NCBI GenBank assembly: GCA_002633005.1
Contig: NMRA01000059.1
Location: 106,934-170,933, forward strand
Direction: 5' to 3'
DNA from: Phoronis australis
Taxonomy: Eukaryota; Animalia; Phoronida
DNA length: 64,000 nt
A model generated the notes under the pieces. The model saw nothing but the letters and a program-made list of their open reading frames with translations. It had not been told where the DNA came from and searched no databases. A program made the position numbers and the translations under genes. Shown here one piece after another: positions 61,201-64,000 of the stretch; within the stretch, counting starts at the first letter, position 1; each line of letters opens with the position of its first letter.

Positions 61201-63895
61201 TCACTTGAAAAGAGATAACAAAGATGAAAACAACAGCAATTGTGCATTGATCTCGTAACATTTCCTGAAAATAGTTAAATAACAACTTACAGTATTTGAT
61301 ATTGTAGTTACCGAGGAATCAGAGCCTGATTTACAGATGATATAATATTTAGCAATTGAAAACTGAGACAGAACTGTCATATAATTGACAGTTTTGTACC
61401 AGATGTTACGTTTGGACATGATTGCATGTCGAGTGATATTTATCGAATCGGCTAATGACATCGAGTCGACATTGACCTACCTTTTGAACTTTCTATGTCA
61501 GAGGTCACTGTTGAAGTAGTGCGGGAGCTGAATTCAGAAAACAATATCACATGGCTGTATTACACTCGACTGATACAACGGGTATGGGATAAATTAAATA
61601 TATAGTACGTGCAATTTTTCTTTTCATTATATCGTAGAAGTACTCTGTAGGTCTATGATTATATTTAAAAAATAAGTGAAGGATGTTATTCGTTGTTGTA
61701 AGCAGTTAAAGTTGCTGTAGTGGCAACATTAAACCTAAATTAAAATTAAAATTAAATTGTTTTTCATCTTGTGACCAACTATATATTGCATGTTACTCAA
61801 ACCAATTTATCTGCAACCTGACAAAATAATTTGATTGTATACTTAGCCATCTCAGAGGAGTGAGGCATATTGAGGGAGATTCATTTTACATGCGACCTTA
61901 TATGTAGAAGTATTGCCTTGCAACTTATACTTGTGGTCAGTAGGTGAGAAGACAGTTGCTGGAGAAAATAATTGGAAGTACATTAAAGGATTTTTACATA
62001 CTTTTGGTTACAAAAGCCTTGTTGTGAACTAGTTATGACGCAGTTAACGTTTTTTAAAATAATGTGTCGAAGCAGCTTGATAATGTTAAGAAAAGTAATT
62101 AAAATTGGTTATCTTTTGTTAATTAAATCAGTTTTTGGCCACAATAAGATTAAAAACCGGACGATCACCGCACAAATAAAAAAGTTCATGTTCAATTCAA
62201 CGTTTCGTCTTTTCATTAGAGTCATTGGCCATTCAGAACCAGCATGCCACTGATTCTCTGAATAACATGCAGAGCTCAGTGACCCTGCAACTATGGTGAT
62301 GACCAGCTACTGACCATATTCTATGTATCTTTCACTTCACTCTATGGATGTTACTTGAGCTGTATGTTGGCACATGTCCTAAATTGTTGTAAATATGATC
62401 CCGATGATGTCTTATGAAAAGACGAAACATTGAATTGAACATGAGCTTTTTTATTTGTGCGGCGATTGTCTGGTTTTTAATCTTATCTTTTGTTGAAATT
62501 TGGGATTCATGTGAAGTGGTGTTGTTTCCAATTTGACCTCTGACCTCCTCCATCTCTGCCTCTTGTCCAGGTATGTTGACTATGATGAAGAGAACACCCC
62601 CACTCTCTCGCCCTCTCGTCTCAAACTTACTCAAAGAGTTGTTCACTAAACCTTCACAGAATGAACACGATGAGTCCATCCACTCCTTCATCAGTAGAAG
62701 GTTGGGTGCAGAGGTAGGTAGATATCAGTAAGCTGAGGAAATAAATTGTTAATTAATGAATAATTGTAATTGAGAAATGTTTAAGAGTTTGTTTATCTCA
62801 TTAAAGTGATAAAATGTCAATAAATGATTTGTAATAAGCATGAGACAGGCCTGTTGCTTTGACATAACTTTAGTTTATTAATGTTTAGGTACATGTAAGT
62901 CAGGTGTTTAGGTTCCTCAGGTGCCTTCAAAAAATTAGGTTTTAAGTCCCTGAAACACTGCTTGGCTTTCTTTAATTTTGTTGTGAGTTGGGAGGAATTA
63001 TGTGCAGTTATAACTGACAAGGATGAATCAAGAACTTTCTAATTTTCATGAAGATACTGAAGCCTTGTGCAATAATGTAAACAACTTTTGTAAACATAAC
63101 TTTTGTAAACATAAATTTTGTAAACATAACCTTTGTAAACATAACTTTTGTAAACATAACTTTTGTAAACATAACTTTTGTAAACATAACTTTTGTAAAC
63201 ATAACTTTTGTAAACATAAATTTTGTAAACATAACTTTTGCCACACCATGAACCACATGCTTTGTCAACAGCAATCAATCAATAACCAGTCAACTTTCCA
63301 TCAACACAATTCCTTTCATTCTCTTTACTAACGAGTCAAAACAGAAAGAATACTAGAGCACAAATGCATACAAGATTACTTTGTACTCCACCAAAGTGGT
63401 GAAACTGAAATTTCGTCTGAGTGTTTTTATGGGCGGGTGTAATTGTGGACTAGTAATTAGTGCTTGATTAGTTGCAGATTAGTCAGTAGGAGAACATGCA
63501 GGTCTTAAGTGGTTAATATTAGTTCCATTAATCATGAAATTGCTGTTTTGACACGATAGTTTGCATCAGAGATAGAGTAGTTCCTATATACGTGCACACG
63601 TAGGGCATATAGTTAGGCAAAAACTTCACATGGATGAACTCAGTTTTGGCGAAAATGGAAACCCAAACTTTATTATTTTTAGTGACAAGCTACTCCTTTC
63701 TGAACAAAATGTTCAGTCTTGCAAGTAATACAAACCTCTTGTCTCAGGTGGCAGACTTCCTCATTGACCCTGTCTGCCGCGGCATCTACGCAGGAAATGC
63801 CCGAGAGCTCAGTGTTAAGGCATGTTTTCCTGATATCTTTCGTTGGGAGCAACAACATGGCGGTATCATTAAAGGTGCTCTGAGATCACCCAGAG
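58125..63895 (+). CDS. PPOX: Protoporphyrinogen oxidase, 3'-partial spliced gene (exons 1-5)
   Basis: join(58125-58214,59588-59722,60648-60756,62571-62713,63748-63895), in phase. FAD motif VLGGGISGLSAAYYL, LLESSSRLGGWI, FEQGPRSLR, AARNRFVY, DESIHSFISRRLGAE, IDPVCRGIYAGNARELSVKACFP. Confidence 0.95.
58680..58790 (+). mobile_element. tRNA-derived SINE head in PPOX intron 1
   Basis: TAGCTGAATGG (A box, 58694) and GGTTCGATCCC (B box, 58737); acceptor and anticodon stems do not pair properly. Confidence 0.6.
59588..59722 (+). CDS. PPOX: PPOX coding exon 2
   Basis: taccag|IILLESSSRLGGWIQTT..FEQGPRSLR..TLKL|gtaggt. Confidence 0.93.
60648..60756 (+). CDS. PPOX: PPOX coding exon 3, not in ORF track
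   Basis: ctttag|ADELGLRKDII..PAARNRFVYCRGTIHKLPN|gtatgt. Confidence 0.9.
62144..62486. mobile_element. Inverted-repeat element, probably a truncated Penelope-like insert with inverted pLTR
   Basis: ~85-bp arms (62144-62229 and 62401-62486); right arm starts CCGATGA-T-GTCTT(atgaa)AAGAC-GAAA-CATT, a hammerhead-like core. Confidence 0.6.
62571..62713 (+). CDS. PPOX: PPOX coding exon 4, not in ORF track
   Basis: gtccag|..TPPLSRPL..DESIHSFISRRLGAE|gtaggt. Confidence 0.9.
63082..63240. repeat. 15-bp unit x~10
   Basis: AACTTTTGTAAACAT. Confidence 0.95.
63748..63895 (+). CDS. PPOX: PPOX coding exon 5
   Basis: tctcag|VADFLIDPVCRGIYAGNARELSVKACFPDIFRWEQQHGGIIKG..|gtatgt. Confidence 0.93.
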
Positions 63896-64000
63896 GTATG
63901 TTGTGTTCAGTAGATCACCCAGAGGTATGTTGTGTTCAGTAGATCACCCAGAGGTATGTTGTGTTCAGTAGATCACCCAGAGGTATGTTGTGTTCAGTAG
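63883..64000. repeat. 29-bp unit x4+ spanning the PPOX exon 5 donor
   Basis: AGATCACCCAGAG|GTATGTTGTGTTCAGT. Confidence 0.95.

Noticed and set aside
63008-63331. Repetitive ORFs (KHNFC, TKVMF; also 35683-35953, 34716-34934, 14754-14963)
   Set aside because: Translations of short-period tandem repeats.

Overview
AT-rich, intron-containing animal genomic DNA, most likely an invertebrate (lophotrochozoan-like; this is inference). It has three assembly gaps (8470-8676, 22796-23728, 56634-56720). Three spliced genes could be rebuilt by hand with GT-AG boundaries and matching codon phases. (1) The 3' part of a THSD7A/B-like TSP1-repeat type I membrane protein (+, 19 visible exons, 7968-34719, plus one exon inferred inside a gap). 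(2) A complete secreted AA15-type lytic polysaccharide monooxygenase (-, 5 exons, 51103-38960, 417 aa) with a mucin-like linker and two Cys/Trp modules. (3) The first five exons of protoporphyrinogen oxidase PPOX (+, from 58125). The rest is about 25 locally derived minisatellites, MITEs (some nested, several with 5-bp TSDs), Kolobok-like and Sola-like elements, tRNA-derived SINEs and Penelope-type hammerhead-like motifs. The most unusual signal is that unrelated minisatellites repeatedly start at, or within about 25 nt of, 5' splice sites. Three of them copy the donor site itself, one in frame.
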